The notes under the pieces were generated by a model, which saw nothing but the letters and a program-made list of their open reading frames with translations, ran no database searches and was not told where the DNA came from. The position numbers and the translations under genes are program-made. Below are positions 17,706-26,975 of a DNA stretch of 32,000 nt, in pieces (position 1 is the first letter of the stretch; each line of letters opens with the position of its first letter). Origin of the DNA: Mycolicibacterium smegmatis (GTDB lineage Bacteria > Actinomycetota > Actinomycetes > Mycobacteriales > Mycobacteriaceae); the NCBI RefSeq assembly GCF_001457595.1, contig NZ_LN831039.1, positions 780,001 through 812,000 on the forward strand. The letters are read 5' to 3'.

Positions 17706-19385
17706 GTGGACATCGTACTGGGTGTGTCGATGACACCCACGACGGTCCGCATGGTGCTGGTCGAGGGGGAGAACGCCGACGGGATCACCGTCGATCACGA
17801 CGTCTTCGACGTCACCGCCGTGGAAGATGCGGCAACGATGAGCGCGGCCGATCAGGTCGTCGCAGCAATTCTCGGAACCCAAGAGAGCGCCGACGCGGGC
17901 GGGCATCATCTCAAGTCGATCGGTGTCACGTGGAGTGATCACTCCGACGCGTCCGCGCTACGCGACTCGCTGACCGCACACGGCATCGACGACGTCATGC
18001 TGGTCTCCGAAGGCCACGCCGCCGCAGCCCTCGCCCAGGCCGTCGGACGCGCCGTCGGCTACGACACCACCGCGCTGCTGTTCATCGACCGTGACGCCGC
18101 GACCCTGTCGGTGGTGCAGACCGAGGACGGCTCGGTGGTCAAGGTGCTCGGCAGCTCGCTGCACAGCACCGACGCGATGGCCGTCCTGAGCGACATGGCC
18201 GCCGCCGTCGCCGCCCAGGAGACCCCGCCCGACGGCATGTTCATCGTGGGCTCGGGCGTCGACGTCAGCTCCGTCAAGGAGCACCTGCAGCACCTCGTGT
18301 CGATGCCCGTCAACGCCCCGGAGGAACCCGAGCTGGCGCTGGCCCGCGGCGCCGCGCTGGCCTCGGCCACCGCGCCCGCGCTGGAGGCCTCCACCGTGGG
18401 GCTGGCGTACTCGCAGGATCCCGACGGCCCGACCGCGGGCAGCGCGTACGCGCTCGCCGGTCTGGACACCCAGCTCGCCCCGGCCGGGAGCGACCTGGGC
18501 AGCCTCGTGGACGGTGGAGTCGACGAACTCGACCCCGCCGTGTTCAACGAGGTCGCCGCCGCCGACGAGGAGCGCAAGCCGTTCCTGCTGGTGGGCAGCG
18601 CGTTGACCTCGGTGTTCGTCATCGGCGTCGTCGCACTGGTCATCTCGCTCGCGGTGAGCATCCGCCCGACGGTCGACCAGCGGCCCGCCCCCGCGCAGGG
18701 CGCCGTGGTGCCCACCGCGCCCGTGGCCAAAGCACCCGCACCGGCCCCGGCGCCCGAGGCGAAGCCCGTGCAGGAGGCGCCGCCGCCCGCGCCGCCTCCG
18801 GAGACCATCAAAGCTCCGGTTCCGGTGGTCCAGGAGGCCCCGCAGCCCCAGGCTCCGCCGCGCACGGTGTACGTGGAGCAACCGCAGGCACCCGCCCCGG
18901 CCCCGGCGGCGCCGCCACCGGCACCCGAGGCGCCACCACCTGCTCCCGTGGCACCGGTGCTGCCTGCGCCGGCGCCGGTCTACCAACCGCCGGGATACAT
19001 CCCGCCCGTCGTGGTGCTGCCGCGCGTCCCGTCGATCTTCCGCCCGCCGTGGGAGCCCCAGCGGCCACCACAGCAGAATCCGTGGAACCCGCCATGGGAT
19101 CCGCCGAAGCAGGCCCCGAAGCCGCAATGGCCCGGATCGGGCCCCGGTGGCTGGGATCCGGGCCCGGGTCGTGGCTCCGACAACGGGCCCGGCCGCGGTG
19201 GCGGTGACAACGACTGGAACCCCGGACGTGGATCGGGTGGCCCCGGCCGCGGTGACTCCGGCAACAGCGGCTGGAATCCCGGCTCGGGTGGTGGCCGCAA
19301 CGGTGGCGGCGGTGGTCACAACGGTGGCGGTCACAACGGTGGCGGCCCGGTGTGGCCGTTCCCGTTCGGTGGCGGTCACCACTAG
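17706..19385 (+). CDS. DUF7159-like/Rv0312-type membrane protein: N-terminal ASKHA-like domain, single TM, long Pro/Ala-rich then Gly/Asn/Trp-rich tail
   Basis: GTG at 17706 preceded by GGAGG (17696-17700); MDIVLGVSMTPTTVRMVLVEG start; TM FLLVGSALTSVFVIGVVALVISLAV; tail ...PWNPPWDPP...GGWDPGPGRG...HNGGGHNGGG. Family assignment from memory. Confidence 0.75.
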   Translation: MDIVLGVSMTPTTVRMVLVEGENADGITVDHDVFDVTAVEDAATMSAADQVVAAILGTQESADAGGHHLKSIGVTWSDHSDASALRDSLTAHGIDDVMLVSEGHAAAALAQAVGRAVGYDTTALLFIDRDAATLSVVQTEDGSVVKVLGSSLHSTDAMAVLSDMAAAVAAQETPPDGMFIVGSGVDVSSVKEHLQHLVSMPVNAPEEPELALARGAALASATAPALEASTVGLAYSQDPDGPTAGSAYALAGLDTQLAPAGSDLGSLVDGGVDELDPAVFNEVAAADEERKPFLLVGSALTSVFVIGVVALVISLAVSIRPTVDQRPAPAQGAVVPTAPVAKAPAPAPAPEAKPVQEAPPPAPPPETIKAPVPVVQEAPQPQAPPRTVYVEQPQAPAPAPAAPPPAPEAPPPAPVAPVLPAPAPVYQPPGYIPPVVVLPRVPSIFRPPWEPQRPPQQNPWNPPWDPPKQAPKPQWPGSGPGGWDPGPGRGSDNGPGRGGGDNDWNPGRGSGGPGRGDSGNSGWNPGSGGGRNGGGGGHNGGGHNGGGPVWPFPFGGGHH

Positions 19386-19387
19386 CC

Positions 19388-19411
19388 ACCAACTCCTCAC
19401 CCGAAGTTGGT
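19388..19411. terminator. Possible hairpin downstream of the DUF7159-like gene
   Basis: ACCAACT (19388-19394) / AGTTGGT (19405-19411), 10-nt loop, starting 2 nt after the stop codon. Confidence 0.35.
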
Positions 19412-19466
19412 CTGCCGCTTGATGTCGCGTAGCGGGTAGCTCATCGCCGCTGCCTATAGAGGCAGT

Positions 19467-20813
19467 ATGCGATGCACAGTGTTCGGCACCGGCTATCTGG
19501 GCGCGACCCACGCCGCGGGAATGGCCGAACTCGGCCATGAGGTCATCGGGGTCGACATCGACCCCGGCAAGGTGGCCAAACTGGCCTCCGGCGACATCCC
19601 GTTCTACGAACCCGGCCTGCGAAAAGTCCTGAACGACAACCTTTCCGCGGGCCGGTTGCGGTTCACCACCGACTACGACGAGGCCGCCGACTTCGCCGAC
19701 GTGCACTTCCTGGGGGTGGGCACCCCGCAGAAGAAGGGCGAGTACGGCGCCGACCTGCGCCACGTGCACGCCGTCATCGACACGCTGGTGCCGCGTCTGC
19801 GGCGCAACGCGGTGATCGTCGGCAAGTCCACCGTGCCCGTCGGCACCGCGGCCGATCTCGCGCAGCGCGCCGCGCTGCTCGCCCCGCCCGGCGTCGACGT
19901 CGAGATCGCCTGGAACCCCGAGTTCCTGCGCGAGGGCTTCGCGGTGCACGACACGCTGCATCCCGACCGCGTGGTGCTCGGCGTGCAACCTGGCTCGACG
20001 CGCGCGGAAGCCGCGGTGCGTGACCTGTACGGGCCGCTGATCGCCGACGGAGTGCCGTTTCTGGTGACCGATCTGCAGACCGCCGAGCTGGTCAAGGTCG
20101 CGGCGAACGCGTTTCTGGCGACCAAGATCTCGTTCATCAACGCCATCTCGGAGGTGTGTGAGGCCGCTGACGCCGACGTGACCGTGCTGGCCGACGCGCT
20201 GGGCCACGACCCCCGCATCGGGCGGCGATTCCTCAACGCCGGGTTGGGTTTCGGCGGCGGCTGCCTGCCCAAGGATATCCGTGCGTTCATGGCGCGCGCC
20301 GGGGAACTCGGCGCCAACCACGCGCTGACGTTCCTGCGCGAGGTCGACAGCATCAACATGCGCAGGCGCACCGCGATGGTCGAACTGGCCACCCGCGCCT
20401 GCGGCGGTTCGCTGCTGGGCGCCAACATCGCGGTGCTGGGTGCGGCGTTCAAACCCGAATCCGACGACGTGCGCGACTCCCCGGCGCTCAACGTCGCGGG
20501 CATGCTGCAACTCAACGGCGCCACGGTCAACGTGTACGACCCCAAGGCCGTCGAGAACTCGCGACGGCTTTTCCCCACCCTGACCTATGCGACGACGGTG
20601 GCCGAGGCGTGCGAACGCGCCGATGCGGTGCTGGTGCTCACCGAATGGTCCGAATTCGTCGACCTTGACCCCGCGGCGCTGGACGGCACGGTGCGCGCCA
20701 AAGTCGTTGTGGACGGCCGCAACTGCCTGGACATCGACCGCTGGCGGCGAGCCGGCTGGCGGGTGTACGCGTTGGGCCGCCGTGTGGAGAAACAGACCGT
20801 GCGGCAGTTGTAG
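19467..20813 (+). CDS. udgA: UDP-glucose 6-dehydrogenase family
   Basis: MRCTVFGTGYLGATHAAGMAELGHEVIGVDID; GFGGGCLPKDIRAF catalytic Cys region; AAFKPESDDVRDSP. Confidence 0.9.
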   Translation: MRCTVFGTGYLGATHAAGMAELGHEVIGVDIDPGKVAKLASGDIPFYEPGLRKVLNDNLSAGRLRFTTDYDEAADFADVHFLGVGTPQKKGEYGADLRHVHAVIDTLVPRLRRNAVIVGKSTVPVGTAADLAQRAALLAPPGVDVEIAWNPEFLREGFAVHDTLHPDRVVLGVQPGSTRAEAAVRDLYGPLIADGVPFLVTDLQTAELVKVAANAFLATKISFINAISEVCEAADADVTVLADALGHDPRIGRRFLNAGLGFGGGCLPKDIRAFMARAGELGANHALTFLREVDSINMRRRTAMVELATRACGGSLLGANIAVLGAAFKPESDDVRDSPALNVAGMLQLNGATVNVYDPKAVENSRRLFPTLTYATTVAEACERADAVLVLTEWSEFVDLDPAALDGTVRAKVVVDGRNCLDIDRWRRAGWRVYALGRRVEKQTVRQL

Positions 20814-20842
20814 CGCCAGTTTGCCGTCCGTACGCTCAGGGC

Positions 20843-22159
20843 ATGCGGGAACGACTCCGGTGGATGGCGTTGCACGGCTTCGTTCGGAGCATGGCCACAC
20901 TCGGTCTGCGTCGCGGTGATCCGCAGGCCCGGCTGATCGCCGACCCGGTCGTGCGTGCGGATCCCACGACGTTCGCCGACCAGATGCGCAAGCAGGGCCC
21001 GGTGATCCGCGGCCGCGTGGTGCTGCTGACGTTCGACCACGCGGTGGCGTTCGACCTGCTGCGCTCCGACGACTTCCAGGTGAGCCAGCTCGGCGCGAAC
21101 CTGCCGAAACCGCTGCGCTGGATCGCCGACAAGACCAACCCGGGCCTGCTGCACCCGATCGAACCGCCATCGCTGCTGTCGATCGAGCCGCCCGACCACA
21201 CCCGCATGCGCAAGCTCGTGTCCTCGGTGTTCACCACGCGCGCGGTGGCCACGCTGCGCGAACGTGTGGAGCAGACCGCGCACGAGCTGCTCGACGGATT
21301 GGAGGCCGAGTCGGGTGTGGTCGACATCGTCGAGCGGTACTGTGCGCAGCTTCCCGTCGCGGTGATCGGCGACATCCTCGGCGTGCCCGAACCCGACCGG
21401 CCCAACATCCTGCGCTACGGCGAACTCGGCGCGCCGAGCCTCGACATCGGCCTGTCCTGGAGCCAGTACCAGCAGGTCAACGAGGGCATCATCGGGTTCG
21501 AGACGTGGCTCAACCGGCACCTGCGCACCCTGCGCCGCGACCCGGGGGACGACCTGCTGAGCCAGATCATCACCGCGTCCGAAAGCGGGGCCACCGGTGA
21601 GCCGCTGACCGACCGCGAGCTCAAGGCGCTGGCCGGCCTGGTACTCGCGGCCGGCTTCGAGACCACCGTGAACCTGCTGGGCAACGGCATCCGGATGCTG
21701 CTGGACCACCGCGAGCACCTGGAGACTCTCGCGGCGCGTCCCGACGTGTGGCCCAACGCGGTCGAGGAGATCCTGCGGCTGGACTCTCCGGTGCAGATGA
21801 CCGCCCGCGCGGCCGTGCGCGACGTCGACGTCGCCGGCACCGCCGTCGGGCGCGACGAACTGGTGGTGCTGCACATCGCGGGCGCCAACCGCGACCCCAA
21901 GGTCTTCGACGACCCGCACCGCTTCGACATCGAACGCGACAACGCCGGGCGGCACCTGTCGTTCTCGGGTGGGCGCCACTTCTGCCTGGGTGCGGCGCTG
22001 GCCCGCGCCGAGGGCGAGGTGGGTCTGCGGGCGTTCTTCGACCGCTTTCCCGACGCCCGGCTGGCCGGTGACCCGGTCCGTCGCGACACGCGGGTGCTGC
22101 GCGGGTGGTCGACTCTCCCGATTGCGCTCGGAAAGGCGCGCGCGGCGGTAGGTTCATGA
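20843..22159 (+). CDS. Cytochrome P450
   Basis: I-helix LAAGFETTVNLLGNG, K-helix EEILR, heme motif FSGGRHFCLGAALARAEG; 438 aa. Confidence 0.95.
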   Translation: MRERLRWMALHGFVRSMATLGLRRGDPQARLIADPVVRADPTTFADQMRKQGPVIRGRVVLLTFDHAVAFDLLRSDDFQVSQLGANLPKPLRWIADKTNPGLLHPIEPPSLLSIEPPDHTRMRKLVSSVFTTRAVATLRERVEQTAHELLDGLEAESGVVDIVERYCAQLPVAVIGDILGVPEPDRPNILRYGELGAPSLDIGLSWSQYQQVNEGIIGFETWLNRHLRTLRRDPGDDLLSQIITASESGATGEPLTDRELKALAGLVLAAGFETTVNLLGNGIRMLLDHREHLETLAARPDVWPNAVEEILRLDSPVQMTARAAVRDVDVAGTAVGRDELVVLHIAGANRDPKVFDDPHRFDIERDNAGRHLSFSGGRHFCLGAALARAEGEVGLRAFFDRFPDARLAGDPVRRDTRVLRGWSTLPIALGKARAAVGS

Positions 22160-22160
22160 T

Positions 22161-22913
22161 GTGGATTTCCGAGCCGCTCTGCTCGACCAGACCCGCGCCT
22201 TCGGAGAGCTGATCGCCTCCGGCGATCCTGACACGCCCGTCCCCACCTGCCCGGACTGGACGTTGCGTCAGCTTCTCCGACATGTTGGACGCGGAAACCG
22301 TTGGGCCGCACAGATAATCAGTGACCGACTCTCACAGGAACTGGACCCGCGCCAGGTTCGTGACGGTAAACCGCCCGACGACCCCCAGGGGGCCATCGAA
22401 TGGCTCAACGCCGGCGCGGCCCTGATCGTCAAGGCCGTCGACCAGGTGGGCTCCGAGGCCCGCGTCTGGACGTTCCTGGGGCCACGGCCCGCCGGCTGGT
22501 GGATCCGGCGCCGGGCCAACGAGGTCGCGGTGCACCGCGCCGACGCCGCGATCGCGCTGGGCGCCGACTACGACCTGCCTCTCGAACTGGCCGCCGACGC
22601 GATCAGCGAATGGCTTGAGCGCACATGCGTCGAAGCCAAGCGCCACCACCGGGTTCCGCTGGCGTTCGGCCAGAGCGTGCACCTGCACGCCACCGACGAC
22701 GGCCTGGGCCCGACGGGCGAGTGGACCCTGGTCAACGACGAGGACGGCGTGGGCTGGTCGCACGACCACGGCAAGGGTTCGGTGGCCCTGCGCGGCCCCG
22801 CCAAAGACCTGCTGCTGGCCATCACCGGCCGTCGCACCCCGGCCGACCTGGGTCTCGAGGTGTTCGGCGACACGGAGGTCTGGGACAAGATGCTGGCCGC
22901 CGCGCCGTTCTGA
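22161..22913 (+). CDS. Maleylpyruvate isomerase family mycothiol-dependent enzyme (DinB-like fold)
   Basis: CPDWTLRQLLRHVGRGNRWAAQII, WWIRRRANEVAVHRADAAIALG; GTG start 1 nt after the P450 stop. Confidence 0.8.
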   Translation: MDFRAALLDQTRAFGELIASGDPDTPVPTCPDWTLRQLLRHVGRGNRWAAQIISDRLSQELDPRQVRDGKPPDDPQGAIEWLNAGAALIVKAVDQVGSEARVWTFLGPRPAGWWIRRRANEVAVHRADAAIALGADYDLPLELAADAISEWLERTCVEAKRHHRVPLAFGQSVHLHATDDGLGPTGEWTLVNDEDGVGWSHDHGKGSVALRGPAKDLLLAITGRRTPADLGLEVFGDTEVWDKMLAAAPF

Positions 22914-22931
22914 GTGGCGTACCTTGCCTTC

Positions 22932-23300
22932 ATGACCACATCCGAGATCGCGACGGTTCTGGCCTGGCACGACGCGCTCAACGACAAGGACTTCGACACC
23001 CTGGTCTCCTTGTCCAGCGACGACATCGAGGTCGGCGACACGTCCGGCGCCGTCCAGGGTAACGCGGCGTTGCGCCGGTGGGCCGAAGCGGCAGGCATCA
23101 GCGTCACCCCGGGCCGGATGTACGTCCACGACGGTGTCGTGGTGGCCGAGCAGACGATCACCCGCGCCGACGGCAGCACCGCAGCCGGCGCCTCGGCGTT
23201 CCGTGTGGTGCGCGACCACGTCACGTCGGTGTTCCGCCACGACGACCTGGCCTCGGCGCTGGCCGCGACCGACCTCGATGAGGACGATCTGGCCGGCTGA
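22932..23300 (+). CDS. Nuclear transport factor 2 / SnoaL-like family protein
   Basis: MTTSEIATVLAWHDALNDKDFDTLVSLSSDDIEVGDTSGAVQGNAALRRWAEAAG; ~122 aa. Confidence 0.8.
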   Translation: MTTSEIATVLAWHDALNDKDFDTLVSLSSDDIEVGDTSGAVQGNAALRRWAEAAGISVTPGRMYVHDGVVVAEQTITRADGSTAAGASAFRVVRDHVTSVFRHDDLASALAATDLDEDDLAG

Positions 23301-23312
23301 GTGGTGTTGCGG

Positions 23313-24866
23313 TCACACCAGTTTCGGTAGGCCAGCCAGCACCTTGTCGACGGTCACCGGGAGATTGCGCACCCGCACCCCGGTCGCGTGATACACCGCG
23401 TTGACCACGGCAGAGGCCGACCCGACGATGCCGATCTCCCCGGCGCCGCGTGAACCCATCGGGTTGAGGTACTCGTCGGCCTCATCGAGCCAGATGGCGT
23501 CGATATCAGCCACATCGGCGTGTGCGCTGATGTGATAGGTCGCGAGATCCTGTGTGACGACGTGGCCGAACCGCGGATCGCGCACGCTCTCCTCGTGCAA
23601 CGCCATCGACAGGCCCATCGTCATGCCGCCGATCAACTGCGACCGCAACGTACGGGCGTTGATCACCCGGCCGACCGAGAACACTCCCAGCATCCGCGGG
23701 ACCCTGATCTCGCCGGTGTCGGCGTTGACGTGTGCCTCGACGAAGTGCGCGCCGAACGATTGCATCGTGACGCCGTCGGCGTCGGGATTCTCCGGTGACT
23801 GCGCGACGGTCGTCGCGCCGACGGCGGGCGGATCACCATGGTCGGCGCGGAACTGCCGCGCCGCCGCGACGATCGCCGAACCCCACGACGTGATACCCGA
23901 CGAGCCACCGGCCACCGATGCCTCCGGCAGGTCGGTGTCGCCGATCTGCAGGTCCACGGCCGCCAGATCGCAGGCGAGGGCGTCGGCAGCGATCTGCGAC
24001 AGCGTGGTCCACGTCCCGGTACCGATGTCGGCCGCACCGATCTGCACGGTGTAACGGCCCTCGGCGGCATAGGTGATGCGCGCCGAGTTTCCCGGCATCG
24101 CCTTACCCGGGTAGGTCGCCGCGGCGACCCCCGTGCCGATCAGCCATTCCCCGTCGCGGCGCGCCGCGGGCCGCGGATCGCGTGCGGCCCAGCCGAAGCG
24201 GTCCGCCCCCAGGCGCAGGCAGTCCACGAGATGACGGCCCGACCACGGCTTACCCGTTTCCGGGTCGACCTCAGGATCGTTGCGCACACGCAGTTCGATC
24301 GGGTCGAGGCCGCAGGCCACCGCGAGTTCGTCCATCGCGACCTCGGCCGCGTAGGTGCCCGGGCATTCGCCGGGCGCGCGCATCCAGAACGGGATCGCGA
24401 CATCGAGTGCCGCGAGCTTGTGGGTGGTGCGGCGGTTGGCGGCGCTGTACATCTTGCGCGAGGTGATCGCGGTCTGTTCGGCGAACTCCTTGACCGCCGA
24501 CGTCTGTTCGACAACGTCGTGCACCAGCGCGGTGATGCGGCCGTCGTGATCGGCGCCCAGCCGGATCCGCTGGATGGTCGGTGTGCGGTAGCCGACGAGC
24601 GAGAACATCTGCTGGCGCGTCAGCGCGAGTTTCACGGGCCGGCCGTCGCTGCGTTGCGCCGCGAGGATCGCCAGCACGTTGTGCGCGTGCGGTGCACCCT
24701 TCGAGCCGAATCCGCCGCCGACATGTGGTGCGATCACGCGGATCTGCTCGGGTTCCAGGCCGAAGATCGGCGCCAGCGCCTTGCGCACCGCGTGCACGCC
24801 CTGCGTCGAGTCGTACAGCACGACAGCAGGTTTGCCGCTGTCACCGAGACCCCACTGCGCGATCAC
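23313..24866 (-). CDS. Molybdopterin-binding subunit of xanthine dehydrogenase/aldehyde oxidase family (PaoC/YagR-like), distal portion; split by a frame break
   Basis: VRIIAPHVGGGFGSKG-like VRVIAPHVGGGFGSKGAPHA, MRAPGECPGTYAAEVAMDELA, GSRGAGEIGIVGSASAVVNAVYHATGVRVRNLPVTVDKVL. Continues the protein encoded by 24863-25426 in another frame. Confidence 0.92.
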   Translation of the reverse strand: MIAQWGLGDSGKPAVVLYDSTQGVHAVRKALAPIFGLEPEQIRVIAPHVGGGFGSKGAPHAHNVLAILAAQRSDGRPVKLALTRQQMFSLVGYRTPTIQRIRLGADHDGRITALVHDVVEQTSAVKEFAEQTAITSRKMYSAANRRTTHKLAALDVAIPFWMRAPGECPGTYAAEVAMDELAVACGLDPIELRVRNDPEVDPETGKPWSGRHLVDCLRLGADRFGWAARDPRPAARRDGEWLIGTGVAAATYPGKAMPGNSARITYAAEGRYTVQIGAADIGTGTWTTLSQIAADALACDLAAVDLQIGDTDLPEASVAGGSSGITSWGSAIVAAARQFRADHGDPPAVGATTVAQSPENPDADGVTMQSFGAHFVEAHVNADTGEIRVPRMLGVFSVGRVINARTLRSQLIGGMTMGLSMALHEESVRDPRFGHVVTQDLATYHISAHADVADIDAIWLDEADEYLNPMGSRGAGEIGIVGSASAVVNAVYHATGVRVRNLPVTVDKVLAGLPKLV

Positions 24867-25426
24867 GCATGCGGCTCCATCGGGTTGTTGTGCTCGATAG
24901 GCGTCTCGTAGGTCTCGTCGACGGTCACCGCGGCCTGCGCGAGCGCGGCCTCCACATCGCCGTCGTCGGTGTCGGGTTCTTCGCCGCCGTTGACCTCGTC
25001 GGGCGTGTACAGACCCGGGTGATCGGCGCGCAGTTCGGTGTCGTGTGGCTCCTGCAGATACTCGACGCGGACCAGAGCCGCTGCTTCCCTGGCGGTTTCG
25101 GCAGACTCGGCGAGTACGCCGCCGATGATCTGACCACGGAAGTGCACGCGGTCGTCCTGCAGGATCGCGAACTCGCCGTCGGAGGTGTCGGCCAACTCCG
25201 GGGCGTCGAACACCGTGAGGATGCCGCGCACCCCGTCGAGTGCACGGGCCGCGGCGACGTCCATGGCCACCACGCGCCCGCGGGCGATGGTGGCCTGCAC
25301 AGGATGCAGATACAGCGCATTGTCGACGATGTGCTCGAACGCGTACGGCGCGGCGCCGGTGACCTTGGCGCGGCTCTCCTTGCGGATGACGGGCTGGCCG
25401 ATGGCGCGGGGTTCCAGGAGAGTCAC
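24863..25426 (-). CDS. Molybdopterin-binding subunit (PaoC/YagR-like), proximal portion; ends at an in-frame TGA immediately after conserved MEPHA
   Basis: GTG at 25426 ([34 protein letters not shown]...[16 protein letters not shown]). The stop at 24863-24865 overlaps the GTG of the distal frame. Confidence 0.85.
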   Translation of the reverse strand: MTLLEPRAIGQPVIRKESRAKVTGAAPYAFEHIVDNALYLHPVQATIARGRVVAMDVAAARALDGVRGILTVFDAPELADTSDGEFAILQDDRVHFRGQIIGGVLAESAETAREAAALVRVEYLQEPHDTELRADHPGLYTPDEVNGGEEPDTDDGDVEAALAQAAVTVDETYETPIEHNNPMEPHA

Positions 25427-26418
25427 TGCTGCCTCCGTGCGGTGAGCATGCGCAATTGAGCGACGAGCGTGCGCCGCGCCAACTCGACCTTGAACTCGTT
25501 GCCGGGCAGAGGTTCGGCGGCGTTGAGCTCGGCGTCGGCCGCGGCGATGAACGTCTCGTCGGAGGGCTGGTCCCCGATCAGCACGCTCTCGGCGCGCCGG
25601 GCCCGCCACGGTTTGTGCGCGACCCCGCCCAGAGCGATGCGCGCCGAGGAGATCTGCCGGGTGTCGGTGAACGTGAGTTCGGCCGCGACCGACACGAGGG
25701 CGAACGCGTACGACGCCCGGTCACGCACCTTGCGGTAGTCCGACACCGCGCCGACCGGTGGTGGGGGCAATTCGACCGCCGTGATGAGTTCGGCGTGCTG
25801 CAACGTGGTGTCGCGCTGGGGTTCGTCACCGGGCAGGCGGTGGAAATCGTCGATGGGCAGGCGTCGCTGGCCGTCGGGTCCCTGCACCACCACCGTCGCG
25901 TCGAGGGCGCTCATGGCGACGGCCATGTCGGACGGGTGCACCGCGACGCAGTGTTCGGAGGCGCCGAGGATCGCGTGGTAGCGCGCGTAACCGCCGAGCG
26001 CCGCGCAACCGCTGCCCGGTTCACGCTTGTTGCACGGTGTGGTGACGTCCTGGAAGTAGACACATCGGGTGCGCTGCAACAGATTTCCCGCCGTCGTCGC
26101 CGCGTTGCGCAACTGGCCCGACGCGCCGGACAGCAACGCACGAGCCAGCACCGGGTAATGCGAGCGGATCACCGGATCGGCCGCAAGGTCGCTGTTGCGG
26201 ACGTTGGCGCCGATGCGGACCGCGCCGTCGTCGGTCACCGAGATCTGGTCGAGGTCCAGCCGGCTCACGTCGACCAGCAGATCCGGTTCGGCCACACCGA
26301 GTTTCATGTGGTCCACCAGGTTGGTGCCGCCGGCCAGATAGGCCGCGCCGGGATGCCCGGCGAGCGTGGCCACCGCGTCGGCGGGGCTGGTGGCGACGTG
26401 GTATCCGAAGGCCTTCAT
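25423..26418 (-). CDS. FAD-binding subunit of molybdenum hydroxylase (PaoB/YagS-like, with Cys-rich insertion)
   Basis: [74 protein letters not shown]; ATG at 26418 overlaps the upstream stop (ATGA). Confidence 0.92.
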   Translation of the reverse strand: MKAFGYHVATSPADAVATLAGHPGAAYLAGGTNLVDHMKLGVAEPDLLVDVSRLDLDQISVTDDGAVRIGANVRNSDLAADPVIRSHYPVLARALLSGASGQLRNAATTAGNLLQRTRCVYFQDVTTPCNKREPGSGCAALGGYARYHAILGASEHCVAVHPSDMAVAMSALDATVVVQGPDGQRRLPIDDFHRLPGDEPQRDTTLQHAELITAVELPPPPVGAVSDYRKVRDRASYAFALVSVAAELTFTDTRQISSARIALGGVAHKPWRARRAESVLIGDQPSDETFIAAADAELNAAEPLPGNEFKVELARRTLVAQLRMLTARRQQ

Positions 26419-26936
26419 CGGTTCGCCGCACGTTCGATCGCCGCGACAATGTTCGGGTACGCCGCGCAGCGGCACAGGTTGCCGCTCATGCGTTCGCGGA
26501 TCTCCCGCTCGCTGAGCACCGGGGGAGCGTCGAGGTCGTCGGCGACGAAACTCGGCGCGCCGGCCTTGACCTCATCGAACATGCCGACGGCCGAACAGAT
26601 CTGGCCGGGCGTGCAATATCCGCACTGGAAGGCATCCTCGTCGCAGAAGGCCTGCGCCACCGGATGCAGTTCGTCGTTCAGGCCGAGACCGGCCGCGGTG
26701 GTGATGCGGGCGCCGTCGGCGGCGACCGCGAAGGTCAGGCACGTCGTGACGCGACGTCCGTCGAGCAGGACGGTGCAGGACCCGCACTGGCCGTGGTCGC
26801 AACCTTTCTTCGGTGCGGTGACCTGCAGGTGTTCACGTAGCGCGTCGAGCAGCGTCACGCGGTTGTCGACGGTCAGTTCACGGCGCGCGCCGTCGACCTC
26901 GAGCGTGACGTGGGAGGTGTGATCGGGCTGGCTCAC
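26415..26936 (-). CDS. 2Fe-2S iron-sulfur subunit of molybdenum hydroxylase (PaoA/YagT-like)
   Basis: [24 protein letters not shown] (plant-type 2Fe-2S) and [15 protein letters not shown]...[17 protein letters not shown] (second 2Fe-2S). Confidence 0.95.
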   Translation of the reverse strand: MSQPDHTSHVTLEVDGARRELTVDNRVTLLDALREHLQVTAPKKGCDHGQCGSCTVLLDGRRVTTCLTFAVAADGARITTAAGLGLNDELHPVAQAFCDEDAFQCGYCTPGQICSAVGMFDEVKAGAPSFVADDLDAPPVLSEREIRERMSGNLCRCAAYPNIVAAIERAANR

Positions 26937-26975
26937 GCGCCGTGGGTACCCCGGCGGGCACTGCCCAAACGCCGG

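Noticed and set aside
19130-19382. Repeated GGTGGCGG/CACAACGG tracts considered as a DNA repeat or CRISPR-like array
   Set aside because: The tracts are codon-level repetition of the Gly/Asn/His-rich tail (HNGGGHNGGG), with no regular repeat-spacer structure and no cas genes.
17958-21170. 1070-aa open frame on the minus strand
   Set aside because: It runs antisense to the DUF7159-like gene and udgA, both well supported. Its composition is Arg/Gly/Ala/His-rich with no recognisable domains; long stop-free antisense frames are expected in high-GC DNA.
25456-26922. 488-aa and 23838-24911 357-aa plus-strand ORFs over the molybdenum hydroxylase genes
   Set aside because: Antisense shadow frames of strongly supported genes with low-complexity composition.
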